64,000 nt of DNA. Source: Eledone cirrhosa. Taxonomy: Eukaryota. The notes under the pieces are model-generated. The model was not told the origin of the DNA, did not search any database, and was given only the letters and a program-made list of their open reading frames with translations. Below are positions 14,035 through 26,350 of this stretch, piece by piece. The first letter of the stretch is position 1, and each line of letters begins with the position of its first letter. The DNA is taken from positions 42,966,001 to 43,030,000 of the forward strand of contig OZ024742.1 of assembly GCA_964016885.1 (NCBI GenBank), given 5' to 3'. A program made the position numbers and the translations under genes.

Positions 14035-16445
14035 TCCTCCCCGGAATGACATCACTCGAACAGAGACAGACGGAGTCCCTGCTGGCCCTCACACACAGGC
14101 TTTTCATGGAACAAGCAATACTCCTCCCTACAAGAGGCTAGAATGTCCCGGATCTCTGTTTTACAAACAACGGAGTGCTCATCCACAATGTAAAGGTGAG
14201 ACCAACGATTTTCTCGGATCATAACTTAGTAGAACTAATGATATGTGGTCTGAGAGAGTCAACAGAACAGAGACGCAACCATTAAGAAGCACCGGGAATT
14301 TATCCAGCCTAAACTTTTACAAGGCTAACTGGAAAAGGATCCAGAAAGAGATCCAGAAGCAAAACTGAAGCGACATCACCGCACAAGACACCAACACATA
14401 TTTTCAACACTTCATGACAACACTACAAACTCTATGCCATAAGTTTGTCCCGGAGAAAAAGGCCAACGGACACAAAAATCTTATTTCCAGAAACAAGAAA
14501 ATCCTTATGAGACGAAAAACTAAACTCTCAAACCAGTTAAATGCACAACAGACAAAAAGACGGAACCCAACCTGAAACAGACACTACATGAAATTGAAAC
14601 TGCAAGGAGGAGGCAGAGAGAGAATCCAGGGCCATAGAAAATATTAAAACAAACCCTAAGGTCTTCTTTAAATTTGCAAAAGAGACTACCTCGGTACACT
14701 GCAAGATTGGGCCACTCTTCCATAAAGATGGTTCGTTAACCGAGGATCCCCACGGGATCAGTGAAATACTGAATGAACAGTACAAAAGTGTGTTCACACC
14801 TCCATTGAGGCACATGCAAATAACAAATCCAGCGGATTTCTTTGATGCCACAACACTCCACGAAGAAATGGTGATCATCAACCACATAGACATAACGGAG
14901 GAAGATGTGATATCCGCCATAAACGAAATGAGAACAAACTCAGCTGCTGGGCCTGATGGATTCCCAACTGTCCTCCTAAAAACATGTAAACGTGTCTTAG
15001 TGGGACCACTGAAGATCCTCTTCGGAAGTTCTTTGGCTAGCGGTAAACTACCCTGAGAGCTAAAAGAAGGCACAATATGCCCTATCCATAAAGGAGGAAG
15101 CAGAGCGGAGACCCAAAATTACAGGCCAGTCGTCACATATGAGTAAGGTCACGGAACGAATCATAAGAAAGAAACTGATCACGTTCCTCGACGAAAATGA
15201 CCACCTAACTAACATGCAGCATGGCTTTCGCCCAGGAAGAAGCTGCTTCAGACAGCTGTTACAACACTATGACTGGGTACTGAAACAACTGCTAGACAGC
15301 TCACCTGTGGACGTTATTTATCTTGACTTTGCGAAGGCTTTGACAAGGTCGACCATGGAATGATATGTCACAAATTACACAGACTCGCCATAACTGAAAA
15401 AGTATGATGTCTTAAAGGACAGAAGCCAGACAGTTGCAGCCAATGGGACCCTCTCAAAGCAAACACCAATAACAAATGGGGTTGCCCAGGGCACAGTCTT
15501 GGAACCACTACTGTTTTTTTGGTGGCTCTCTCAGTCATGTCCTCTGTCGTACATACAACATTCCTCACTAGCTATGCTGATGACACTAAGGTAGCACAGG
15601 CAATCAAAAACCCGACTGGTGCTGCCCTTTTACAATGAGATCTGGATGTCATATACAAATGGGCAGAGAACAACGAGATGCAGTTTAATGCTGGAAAATT
15701 TCAAGCCCTACAATACCAACCTGCTAACACAAAGACAATACAACACAACTACACCGGACCAAGAGGTATCGAAATCCCTCTGTCTAAATCGATACGAGAC
15801 CTGGGAATAGACACGAGCGACAATACATCTTTTTCCTCACTCATCATGAGGGTGGCCACAATGTGGAGGCGACTCGCTGGCTGGATCTTGAGGACATTCA
15901 AGACAAGAGACCGAGAGACCATGTTGATAATATGGAGGACATTTGTCCTAAGCCGCCTGGACTATTGCTCCCAGCTGTGGTCAACCCATAGTATCAAACT
16001 AACCACGGTGCTTGAGGCAATCCAACAAATATACGCCAAGTGGATTGCCACGATGAAGGAGATAAGCTACTGGGAGAGGCTAAAAGAACTGAAACTCTAC
16101 TCCTTGGAACGAAGACGGGAGAGATACGCAGTACATATGGAAAATCCTGGAGGGACTAGCACTAAATTTTGGCATTGCGAGCTGGACCAACCTCCGGACA
16201 GAACGTCACTGTGTGATGCCAAAGGTTAGCAGATATTGCAATAGCCTGGGGTTCAAAGGCCCTCAACTCTTCAACAAGCTTTCAAGAAATTTGAGAGATC
16301 TGCATGGTGTGGACGTGGATGTTTTCAAGAAACATCTTGACACCCTGCTATCCAGGATCCCGGATAAGCCCACAGCACGGTACGAAGGTAACTTAAGGGC
16401 AGCAGCAACGAATTCCCTCTTACACCAATGGCCAACACAGGCTGG
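14035..16445 (+). pseudogene. Decayed CR1-group LINE RT, 5'-truncated
   Basis: [43 protein letters not shown] across several frames; related to 52098-54711. Confidence 0.9.
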
Positions 16446-16727
16446 AGTTAGATTATTATATGAGAATATGTAGTAATATGAATATTAGGGTATATTTTCT
16501 GAAGCATGTCACCCCGAAAGTTGAACCTAATTTGTTTGTCTACCTGTGCGCCGTTAGCAACGCTTTATTCGTTTATTGGTATAACGACATAATATTTTAC
16601 AATTTTTTTTTGTGGTGGTGGTGGGGGGTTCTGATTTTTTATTTTTTATTATTGGTTCCGTTCGGGTGTACGGACCCAAGCGAGGGGAAAGACATATGTA
16701 TGATGTGACATTATATCATTGCCTATA

Positions 16728-16810
16728 TTTTATTTTTTTATTTTATTTTATTTTATTTTATTTTATTTTATTTTATTTTATTTTATTTTACTCTATTTTA
16801 TTTTATTTTT
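16728..16810. repeat. (TTTTA)n microsatellite
   Basis: Seen directly. Confidence 0.95.
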
Positions 16811-16972
16811 CATCTTGTTTTGAATATTTGCTGTACCCAGCTTTATATTCATAGACAGTTGAGTGCGTATATATGTGTGTGTGTATATAGTCGTCCCCCA
16901 CCCCCCACTCTCAAGCGTGAACCTAATAACAACACTGTTCGTACTGCACTCTTTGTTATTGTTTTTGTTTTT

Positions 16973-17023
<51 letters not shown>

Positions 17024-17030
<7 letters not shown>

Positions 17031-18633
17031 AGATCAAAAGATGGTTAAAAGAGTTCCATGTATTTTATTATGCGCATTTCAAAAACAGATATCATCATGA
17101 GATGACATTTGCGTTTTCGTCAGATAAAATAGGGAGACATGATATGAAGGTTAAAAAACACTTGTGAATAGTGCAGTTTTAAATCAACATATGAAAAGTA
17201 ATTTAAGATTGATGTGAAATATTGGGAAAAAAATGAGGGGGGAGGGTAGGAAAGGATGAAAAAGAGGAGGAGATGAGAGTAAAGAATGGTGGGGGAGGAG
17301 TATAATAAGGAAGGATGAGATAGGAGGAGAGATGGGTGATAGAAAGAGAGAGATAGCCTTTATAACTGAGAAAAATATATTGTTTCACAGAGAGAAGTTA
17401 AAAAGCCGTTGGATGATAATATATAATTTAAAAGAATTTGAAAATTGATGAAGAGAAAAAAATTAATGAAGAGAAAAAATTAAGAATAATGTTAAATTAA
17501 GGTTTGTATATTGAAGGGTTTAATAATATGTGCGATGAAAAGAAATTGTTAGTATGTATTAAGAATAATATTAAATTAAGGTTTGTATATTGAAGGGTTT
17601 AATAATATGTGCGATGAAAAGAAATTGTTAATATGTATTATTAAAATAAAAATATTAATGTTATTAAGGATATAATGTGAAAAGAAGTAGAAGAGTGGAT
17701 GAATTATGAATTTAGAGGAATTAGTTAGTGTTTAAGTTTGTTTTTATGTAATGTAATATGTATGCGTAATATATGTAAATAGTTTGTTTACAAATGAGCG
17801 CAGAAAGCAAAGAAGAAAATAGTGTTTAAGGAAGAGAAGGCTCTAACAACAAAATATATATGTTTATGAAGTATTTCCTAATGGTAATAATATAATGTAA
17901 TAAAGGAGATTAGTTAGGGTTTAAGTTTGTTTTTATGTAAAAGTTAGACGAGCATGAAATGGAGAAAAAAATATAATGAATTGGGGAGGAATAATCTAAC
18001 GTCAAAAAATGTTTATGTTTACGAAGGATTTTTAAAGGTAATACTATAAAGTATTTAAAAGGTAATAAGTTTTATGGCCAATGATATGAAGGAAGAAGGA
18101 AGAGTGGATATATTGTGGTGAGTAATAATAAGAATTGAGAAGTATCTAGGAAGAAAAAGTACAGATTAGAGGTTAGAAATTAAAAGAAAAGAGGAAGAAA
18201 GGGAATTGATAAATAGGAATGATATAGAATGAGTAACTAGTATTATATAATGTATAATAAATAACATTGAAATAAGGTAGAAAGATGGGTATATTTTTAA
18301 AGAAATATATATATATGCTTTTGAGAAAAAGGATTTTAAACTGGTAAGGTATTAGATATTAGCTGTATACTTTATGGAATGTTCTGTGGAATTTATGCCA
18401 GCAGAGAGAAAATAAGTCAGTGCGTCTATTTATTATAGAATCTAAATTAGATATAATGGTAAATTTCTCACATAAACAAAGAGTACATGTTTTGGATAGA
18501 GAGGCATTCAAGTAGGGAGAGGCAGAACAAACTTTCCTCCAAGAGATGTTATAGTTAATATTTTTGTCTTTCAAGGACTACTTATCCGATATCTGCATTG
18601 CTTTATTGTACTACAATTAAACTCACCCCCTAC

Positions 18634-18635
<2 letters not shown>
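17024..18635 (-). mobile_element. YRDD-type (Hydra-like) PLE 3' fragment plus segment X (18577-18635)
   Basis: ORF end LKDKNINYNISW..CTLCLCEK..INRRTDLFSLCWHK (18359-18576); long AT-rich 3'UTR; HHR at 17061-17131. Confidence 0.82.
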
Positions 18636-18701
<66 letters not shown>

Positions 18702-18915
18702 CAAGAAACGAAGCAGGCTGTGTGGTTACTGTAAACAAAGTTTAAGATGGTAATATGGACGAAACAAGAGAAGAAGCCCTTCATCAGCTGTTAACTGCAG
18801 ATCATAGATGTTTCGGCGCTTAAAACAGGACATCGAAATCGATCAACAGCGCGCCCAAGGACTTTTATCAATCAAAAGGCCCTGATAAGAAATATATATA
18901 TATATATATATATGT

Positions 18916-19221
18916 ATAAGCAAAAGGGATATTTAATTTGTTGGTAATTCAACAAATATATATGTTTATAACTGGTTCAAAGCACTTGACAGATTTTCTG
19001 GAGTATAATATCAATGATATTAAATAAATGGAAACTATATTTATAAAACCATATTTATTCTATTATATATATTTCAAGGGTACCAAAACTTTGTATTTTA
19101 AACAAACTTTGTATTTTATCTGATGAGGGCGTATCAAAGTTTTGGTACCCTTGAAATATATATAATAGAATAAATATTGTTTTATAAATATAGTTTCAAT
19201 TTATTTAATATCATTGATATT
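18916..19221. mobile_element. Hairpin insert related to family H1, with HHR at 19112-19172 (+)
   Basis: Arms 19009-19088 and 19140-19221; TATTTTAT-CTGATGA-GGGCGTATCAAA..TTTGGTACCCTT-GAAA-TATATA-TA-ATAGAATA; tail 18916-19008 similar to 50676-50766. Confidence 0.75.
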
Positions 19222-19929
19222 TACTATATAAATTGGAAGTGATCGGACGTTGTATATTTAAGTAGGTTTAGTCGGATAAACGTCGAAACAGCTTGGTGGA
19301 ATGCAGCGAAAATTTACACAGTTATGCAGAATAACCCAAGGAGGCGTTGGATCGACTTTCAAGGTACAGGCTTCCAGGGTTACGGAGAAAATCGATGAAA
19401 CATAAATTTCCCATTCAAATTGAACTGAGAGTAATCTGTGAACGCAGAAGTAAATATTTCGAGAAACGTTGCAAGCGAACGAAAACGGGAAGACGATATT
19501 TTGGTTCGTGAAGACGTTCCCTGGCAATGAACGGGAAAAAAAGCGAGGATAATACGTCGTTATGTAGGACGAGAAGAACAATTTCATGCAAAGACAAGAC
19601 CAAGTTTAGGTGTAAATGGAGTCGTTAGACTAATATTCTATTTAAAATAACAGAATGATTTCCAGCCCCGGAGTTTAAGAATGATGTAAATAAAATTGTA
19701 AACGAAAATGACAGAGGTTATTAAAATAGTAAAAGTAAATAGTGAAGATTTAGGCCAGTACATACGTATGCCCCAACGGACATACACATATATACGCACA
19801 CACAAATACATACACACCCACAAACACACACACACGCACGCACGCACGCACGCGTATGTATAAACCTTATGCATTTCAACAGTATTTTCACCAAACTTAA
19901 GATGGTCATGGGTACTTTCATTTTTCCAG

Positions 19930-20273
19930 ATATTGATTATAGGGCCTCCCGGCAGATAATCCCCTTTAACCACTTTCTTCGAGTCGACTGAGGCACTGCA
20001 GTGCAATGCAACAAAACGTCATAACTTCTGGAGTTCGCAACCGATTTTCACAAAACTTGACACATGGGCTACGTTTGTCCTACAGATGAATTTGAACTCT
20101 CAGAATTGGCACATATTGAGTAGGGGACCCCTGGGGGCAGGAACCCCCTTTTGGAAAAAGCCGATGATTTTGTAAAAGTATAGTTTTCGAAGCAGCACTG
20201 AAGTATTGACATAAATGGTATATACAACTGCAACTGCTATTTAATACCCGAGAAACGCCGGGTACCTCTGCTA

Positions 20274-20274
<1 letters not shown>
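19930..20274 (+). mobile_element. Non-autonomous Helitron-like 3' end (5' boundary uncertain)
   Basis: Subterminal hairpin ACCCG-AGAAACGC-CGGGT, then CTAG followed by T. Confidence 0.7.
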
Positions 20275-20335
<61 letters not shown>

Positions 20336-21139
20336 CTATATGTGTGTGTGTAAATATATGCTTATGTATATACTATAGGTTTTTTAATTATATATGTGTG
20401 TGCGTGTGTGTGGGTGTGTGGGTGTCTGTGTGTGTGTGTGTGTACGTGCGCGCACATATACATGTGTGTGTGCGTGTGTGTGTGTCTGTGTGTGTGAGCG
20501 TGTATTTGTATATGTGGGGGGAAGTCGGTGGTGTGAGAATGGTAAAGTAGTAGTAACTGACAATCAACTATATGTGATGACAGGTGACGCGTGAACGAAT
20601 ACGGCAGAGTGACCAGGCAATGGATAAACAACAGTGGATAGAAAGATGATGATGATAGGATTATTGAACCCATGAAAAGGCCGAAATAACAGGATGCTAA
20701 TATGTACTACAGATAAATAACAGCTGAGATGTAGGCCATGTCAGATGAACCTGTTGTGTAAAGGGGGTAATCAATTCAGTGCACACTGCACTTAAAAACT
20801 TCACTGTGCGGGCTTGAATGATATGTCCGAGACTATGAATCACTTCAAGTCCTGTAGTGATGGAAAAAGAGTGAAAACGGCAGGTGTAAGATGATACTAG
20901 AAGGCGTAACTCCAATCCTGCATGCAGGTGATTCAAGGGTTTGGTCGTCTGTTGACCCAGAGACAACTTCGTTCAGCACACCCTGAATGACCAAACAGCC
21001 TTCTCTAGGGACAACACAGCCTGCTCTACATGGAGTGGGGGTCTAGAAAGGTGGCCTAAACAAAGCTTATTTCCTACACGCCCAGTTGTAAAACTGCAGT
21101 CAAAGGGCATCTTCTCATGCGGTTGAAAAACATCAAAGA

Positions 21140-22050
21140 AGAAAAAGTACTGTGAAAGGTCTGAAAATCACATACTCGAACATCCGAACCATACTAGACA
21201 TAGTTGACAGCAATCGTCCAGTATGTCGATCCACTCTAATTGCATACGAGCTGTCAATACTATATGTTGACATCACTGCTGTTAGTGATGTCCGATCTCC
21301 AGAGAAAGGCAGCCTACAAGAGCGTGACACTGAATACACCGTCTACTGGTCAGTCAAACCAGCAGCAGTAAAACGCCTTTCAGGAGTAGGCTTCTTGGTT
21401 AGGAACTTCCAACCTTGAAAACCTGCCAACAGGTTATTCTAACTGCATCATCGCCTTGCGCCTCCCACTGAGTAATCAACAATATTCCACGCTCTTTAGT
21501 GTGTACTCCCCTACACTTCAAGCAGATCCTGCGAAAAAGAACAAGTTTTACTCTGATCTGCACAATCTTTTATGGTCGACAATCTCACAATCCTTGGCGA
21601 TTTCAACGCCAGAGTGAGCCGAGATTCTGTAACTTTAGAGGGAGTGCTTGGGAGACATGGCGCTGGTAACTGCAATGACAATGAATGCTTTCTGATGGAG
21701 TTCTGCACAGAGCATCAACTCATCATCACAAACACCATCTTCCAACAGAAGGACAGTTTAAAAAACAACCTGGATGCTTTCTCGTTCCAAATATTAGCAT
21801 CCCATTTATTATATTCTAATGCATCAGTGTAACCTGAAATACGTCTTGTATACCAAAGTGATGCCCAGTGCGGAATGTCCCATCAACCATCGTCTCGTAC
21901 GCTGCAAATTCAAGTCCCACTTTAAACCCAAATCAAAGCAAGGAGGAGCCCCCAGGAAAAGTTCAAGGCTGACAGTTTCCAGTCAGCTGAAGTGAAAGCT
22001 GACTTCAAGGCAGACCTTCAGTCGAGACTTAAAGATGCTTCTGTCCTTTA
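21140..22050 (+). pseudogene. Decayed RTE (BovB-like) APE endonuclease region
   Basis: NIRTILD..LIAYEL..VDITAVS..GVGF; ILGDFNARV..GRHGAGNCNDN..LIITNTIFQQK; frameshifted. Confidence 0.85.
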
Positions 22051-22755
22051 AGAAATCATGCAGCCACTCACCTACTTTTCCAGTTATGGCGAGTCTGTGT
22101 AGTTTGTGACATATCATTCCGTATTTTTTTCGTCTGTGTAAATGAAGTGATTATCTCATTTGCATATGAAGCTGTATAAGTTGGCGTTAGCTGCCAGTGC
22201 GTTATTCATAGCTACGGCTTCCTAAATATTTATTTATAAATATACCGTATTTCTTTAGAAATATGAAATTCAAATACATATTTGTATACAGCTATGTTCG
22301 AAGCTAATTCCTAATTCTATTCTATTATAAGTTGAACCAACTTATACAGCTTCATAAGCAAATGAGATTAATCACCTCATTTACACAGACGAAAAAACTA
22401 TATATTTTCGCCTGTTTTCAAAGTCCAGTTGCTGCAAGAGCGGGAGAGATCATCCTGACGAGAACCAGTCGAGTTCGAAATGAATCGACGATTGTCCTCC
22501 TTGCTTCTGATGGACACAGCCTGGTGGCGTTAGCTGCCAGTGCGTTATTCATAGCTACGGCTTTCTAAATGTTTATTTATAAACATACCGTATTTCTTTA
22601 GAAATACGAAATTCAAATACATATTTGTATACAGCTATTTTCGAAGCTAAATCCTAATTTTATTATATATATATATATATTTACTGTATATAACTATGAT
22701 TTCATTTTTATTCAAATTTCATAACATCAAGCTTGTAAGCTAATTATGATCCACC

Positions 22756-22844
<89 letters not shown>

Positions 22845-22878
22845 TATATATATATATACTTTCATTCTATATTTTCAG

Positions 22879-23106
22879 ATTATTTTTCAAGTTATTTCAA
22901 AGTATTCGCTTTCCGCACGACATATTTGAACAGCAACTCCGAGTGTTTTGAAGTGGTGCGGAAACATCATGACAGGAGAATCCATTATATGAAGTGTGCC
23001 ACTGTAGCTCGCTATGTTATGGTCCAGTGTATATCGAGTTTAGAAGAGTTTCTCCATCTTTGCGAGGTTGAAGCCACTGGTGTAGCAGTCGGAAATGCAA
23101 ATCAAG
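22879..23106 (+). CDS. Host exon: F-type lectin domain, C-terminal half
   Basis: TTTTCAG acceptor in phase 1, matching the upstream exon; C..VARYVMVQ..LHLCEVEATG; AAG/GTATAG donor (alternative donor after 23079). Confidence 0.8.
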
Positions 23107-23544
23107 GTATAGTTTTAGTTTGTGTGCGGATTAATCTTGCATGAAATCTCTAGTTGAAAATGTCATCATTACTCTTTCAAAGCTAACTTTGCAAACAAGG
23201 TATATTGATTTTTTTTTTTTATATTACAATACAATAGTGATGTCTTTAAAAAAATACTTTATCGTCATACATGACATTCAATCGCAATAGTTAAAGAAGT
23301 CTTTTTATTTACAACCGCATCATAGATCACCCCAAAACCCTAATTACATTCCGATCATATTGAACAGGCCATATCACAAAGGAAGAGGCCTTATTATCCA
23401 TTAGTTTCCGCCATATCTTTCATAGCAGCTAGAAATGAGTAGGTTAAAACTTTAAAAATATGAAAACATTTTTTTTATTTCGACTAAACAAATTAAAGAT
23501 GATTGATTTCGTGCACTTAATTTAAAATTTTATATATAAGCTAA

Positions 23545-24480
23545 ACTTTATGACTTCGTTGAGAGCAGCATGGCGTAGAAGACGGCCGGCACTGTAGCGA
23601 CAAGACAGCGGGTCGAGGCCGAAAGAGTCTACGGTGGATCCGCAGTCGAAAAGGAGGGTAAAGCATTGAGCCAGGCACCGCTGTGAGGTTGCGAGGCCGA
23701 GCGAAAACATGCGTGGCGGTTGCTTGTCGAGTTGGCACGCTAGCCTGTCCGAGGCCATGTCGCACTGGATAGCATTCCATATGCTCTGGGGGGATTTGAC
23801 ATCTACAGGGGAAGAGGAGGAGGGATATCTACTGGGTAGAGTCTGAGTTGGTTCCAAGTCTCGCAGACGGCTTCGCGTTCCTCGATCACAGTGGGTTCGA
23901 TTGTGTTGTGAAGAACCCTGTTGTCGAGGACGCGGCAAGAGATTACCGACGAAAGAAACGCCGGCAAAGCCAGCGAGACTCGAGACCGGAGATCAAGGAC
24001 ACCGTTTCTAACAGTTAAGTTGGCCTGTTGCCATCCAAAGTTGTCAAACCTAACGTTGCATATCTCCTCAGCTACCACTCGGATATAAGTATCGAGGTCA
24101 GCGGGGAGAGATGCATAGCTGTAACAAGGAGCGCTACGAAATGTGCAGAGGAGCTTCAGCATGGCGAAGCAGTTCCTCAACAGGAAGAGAATTGGTGGGC
24201 GTCAATCATATCCATTCTACTCTTGAAGGTCGTGAAGTTCTGGAGCATGGACTTGGTGGTGAAGTGGATGGCCTGCCGGATAATCGGTGACCCGAGGATG
24301 AGGACATCCTCTTTCGGGGTCACTTGCATCTGGTAGAGAATGGGACGCACATCCGAAACGGAGGCTGCAAAGCCTTCTGCGTCGTGGTTGACATTGGCCT
24401 CGAGGCCGATTCTCGCCAGAGTAGAAACCACCGATCGCAGGTCGTGGCAGACAGTCTCCATGGGCCCGCCCAGCGTTCAA
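23545..24480 (-). pseudogene. Decayed CRE-like non-LTR retrotransposon (RT C-terminus to zinc finger)
   Basis: LARIGLEAN, ILGSPI, QANLTVRNGVLDLRS..LALPAFLSS, CGSTVDSFG..LSCRYSAGR..RHAALNEVIK. Confidence 0.7.
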
Positions 24481-24809
24481 TCGATATATGTTATCGGCTC
24501 AAGTTGGTTTAGCAGTCTGTTGACCATTGGCATGTATATGGCGTGTGCCCACCTCAAGTCAGACAGGTGTCTATGTGTATATGCATAGACACACACACGC
24601 ATATACCGACTCGTTCCCATACACCCTACATACTCACACATGGGCATACAAACACACTCTCATGTGGGCACACGCATAGAATTGGGGTTAGACGTGTGGG
24701 ACAGGCAGGTTTGTATAGGGTGTAATAGTTATTTTAAGAAAATGTAACAATAGTATGAAAATACCATATTATAAGAAAAATATAACTATAATATTATATA
24801 ATATGCATT

Positions 24810-25350
24810 TCTTTTTATTTGCTACAAAGACCGACAAAAAGGGGACAATACAAAGAACATGGACAGTGGGGGTTTACATAGAAATTGGTTAAAATATAAT
24901 AGATAACAAATGCATAACAATGAAAATTCCCCAATAGGAGGAGGGTCACCCAGGGCTGACTTAGGCACCCCATTAATCATAAACCACCGGACAATCCAGT
25001 TGCACCCTTGGATGGCAACCCTCTCTTCTCGAAATCAGCCAGCCTACAGCTGCATGGTCAGAGTAGGCCCATTCACACAGCCCATTCTCGCAACAAATTT
25101 ACTGTGCAGCACTTCCCTCTTCACCCTCAATTTCCTTTCCAAGTGGAACTTGAAAAAATTGATGAGTATTGGCCGAAGAGGAAAGTGTCTGTCTTCAGTT
25201 CTTTCAGCCTTTTCTACCAAACGACTTCTTTCGCTAAAGTCACCAGACAGAGGAAAACTGCCTGCCCTTCCCGGCCAAAGGAAGCCGGTGGGGTGATGAA
25301 ATCGTTCAATAGCCGGATCCATCTTACACGTGATAACAGCTGACACTCTG
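24810..25350 (-). pseudogene. L1/Tx1-like LINE 3' fragment
   Basis: AVFLCLVTLAKEVVW*KR..FFKFHLERKLRVKRE..; AATAAAAAAG end. Confidence 0.55.
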
Positions 25351-25360
25351 GTATCTCTCG

Positions 25361-25435
25361 TTGAAGAATGTGTCACGTATATGCGATCCAACTGAACTGG
25401 ACAGACATGTACAACACTTCATCAATCGCATGCAG
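25361..25435 (+). pseudogene. Tiny PLE RT-thumb fragment related to family 2
   Basis: KNVSRICDPTELDRHVQHFINRMQ versus RNVSRMCNPEELE..HFIHRMQ at about 9200-9270. Confidence 0.65.
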
Positions 25436-25461
25436 AGAGAATCAGAGTGTGCAAAGGAGAC

Positions 25462-25524
<63 letters not shown>

Positions 25525-25529
25525 TATAT

Positions 25530-26350
25530 GTAAACAATCCCGCTACAAAGCCAAATATGAAGCTATTGATGACCAAATTGAAGTTGAAATTTCAAAGCTA
25601 ACGACTGGTATTATAGCTGAAAAACTACGAGAACTATGGATCGGAGATATCTCAAAAGAAGAAAACAAATCAAGAAAGGTATGGCAGCAGAAACAATTAT
25701 TTCTCGATGAATATGCTGCAAATTACGGTAAAGACTCTGGAACCCCGAGAAAAAGCATTAAAAGTGGACAATCTCATCAACACAACATACGCCAGAACAC
25801 GTGCCAACACAAACACTCACCTTACCTTGAATCAAAGAAGAACTACGGTAATAACTCTTCGCTTTTTCTACAAAAACACCCTATCGCACACAACATGAAC
25901 AAAAAGCACAAACACGATAGGTATTCCTTTGACCAGACCATGAGAAGTAGTAAAACCAGGAGATCATTCTCAAGATCTCAACAGAGACTACCAACAAGGA
26001 ATGTGGAAACAAAACGTAGAATAACCAGATCACTCTCAAGATCTCAACAGAGATTGCCCACAAGAAACTGGACGAAAAAACGATCTAAACCTGAAAGCAA
26101 ACCTAGGTCATTTTCCCAGATTGTTAAAAATAATGCTAACAGGAAGAAAAATAATATACAGAATACCAAAAATAGGACAAAATACATAACGAAACCAAAT
26201 ATAATATCACGACCAAAAGTTCATCAAGCGAACACCAATAGGAATATAAATCCTGAACAGAGAAAAATTCATTTTTTAACGTCAGGACAACAAAAACCGG
26301 AAAAAGAAAAACTCCAGGAGGAAACATACCCAAAACAGCTGTACACGTAG
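25530..26350 (+). CDS. PLE upstream basic, R/S/K-rich ORF1 (5'-truncated by TA tract)
   Basis: About 270 open codons; helical-looking N-part, then RS(F/L)SRSQQRLPTRN twice; overlaps the RT frame. Confidence 0.6.

Noticed and set aside
19225-19680. Coding-like stretch faintly resembling a Tc1/mariner transposase
   Set aside because: Too decayed; no catalytic motifs or TIRs could be confirmed.
25361-25530. N-terminus of the 329-aa ORF
   Set aside because: Chimera of a PLE fragment and a TA tract, not the real ORF1 start.
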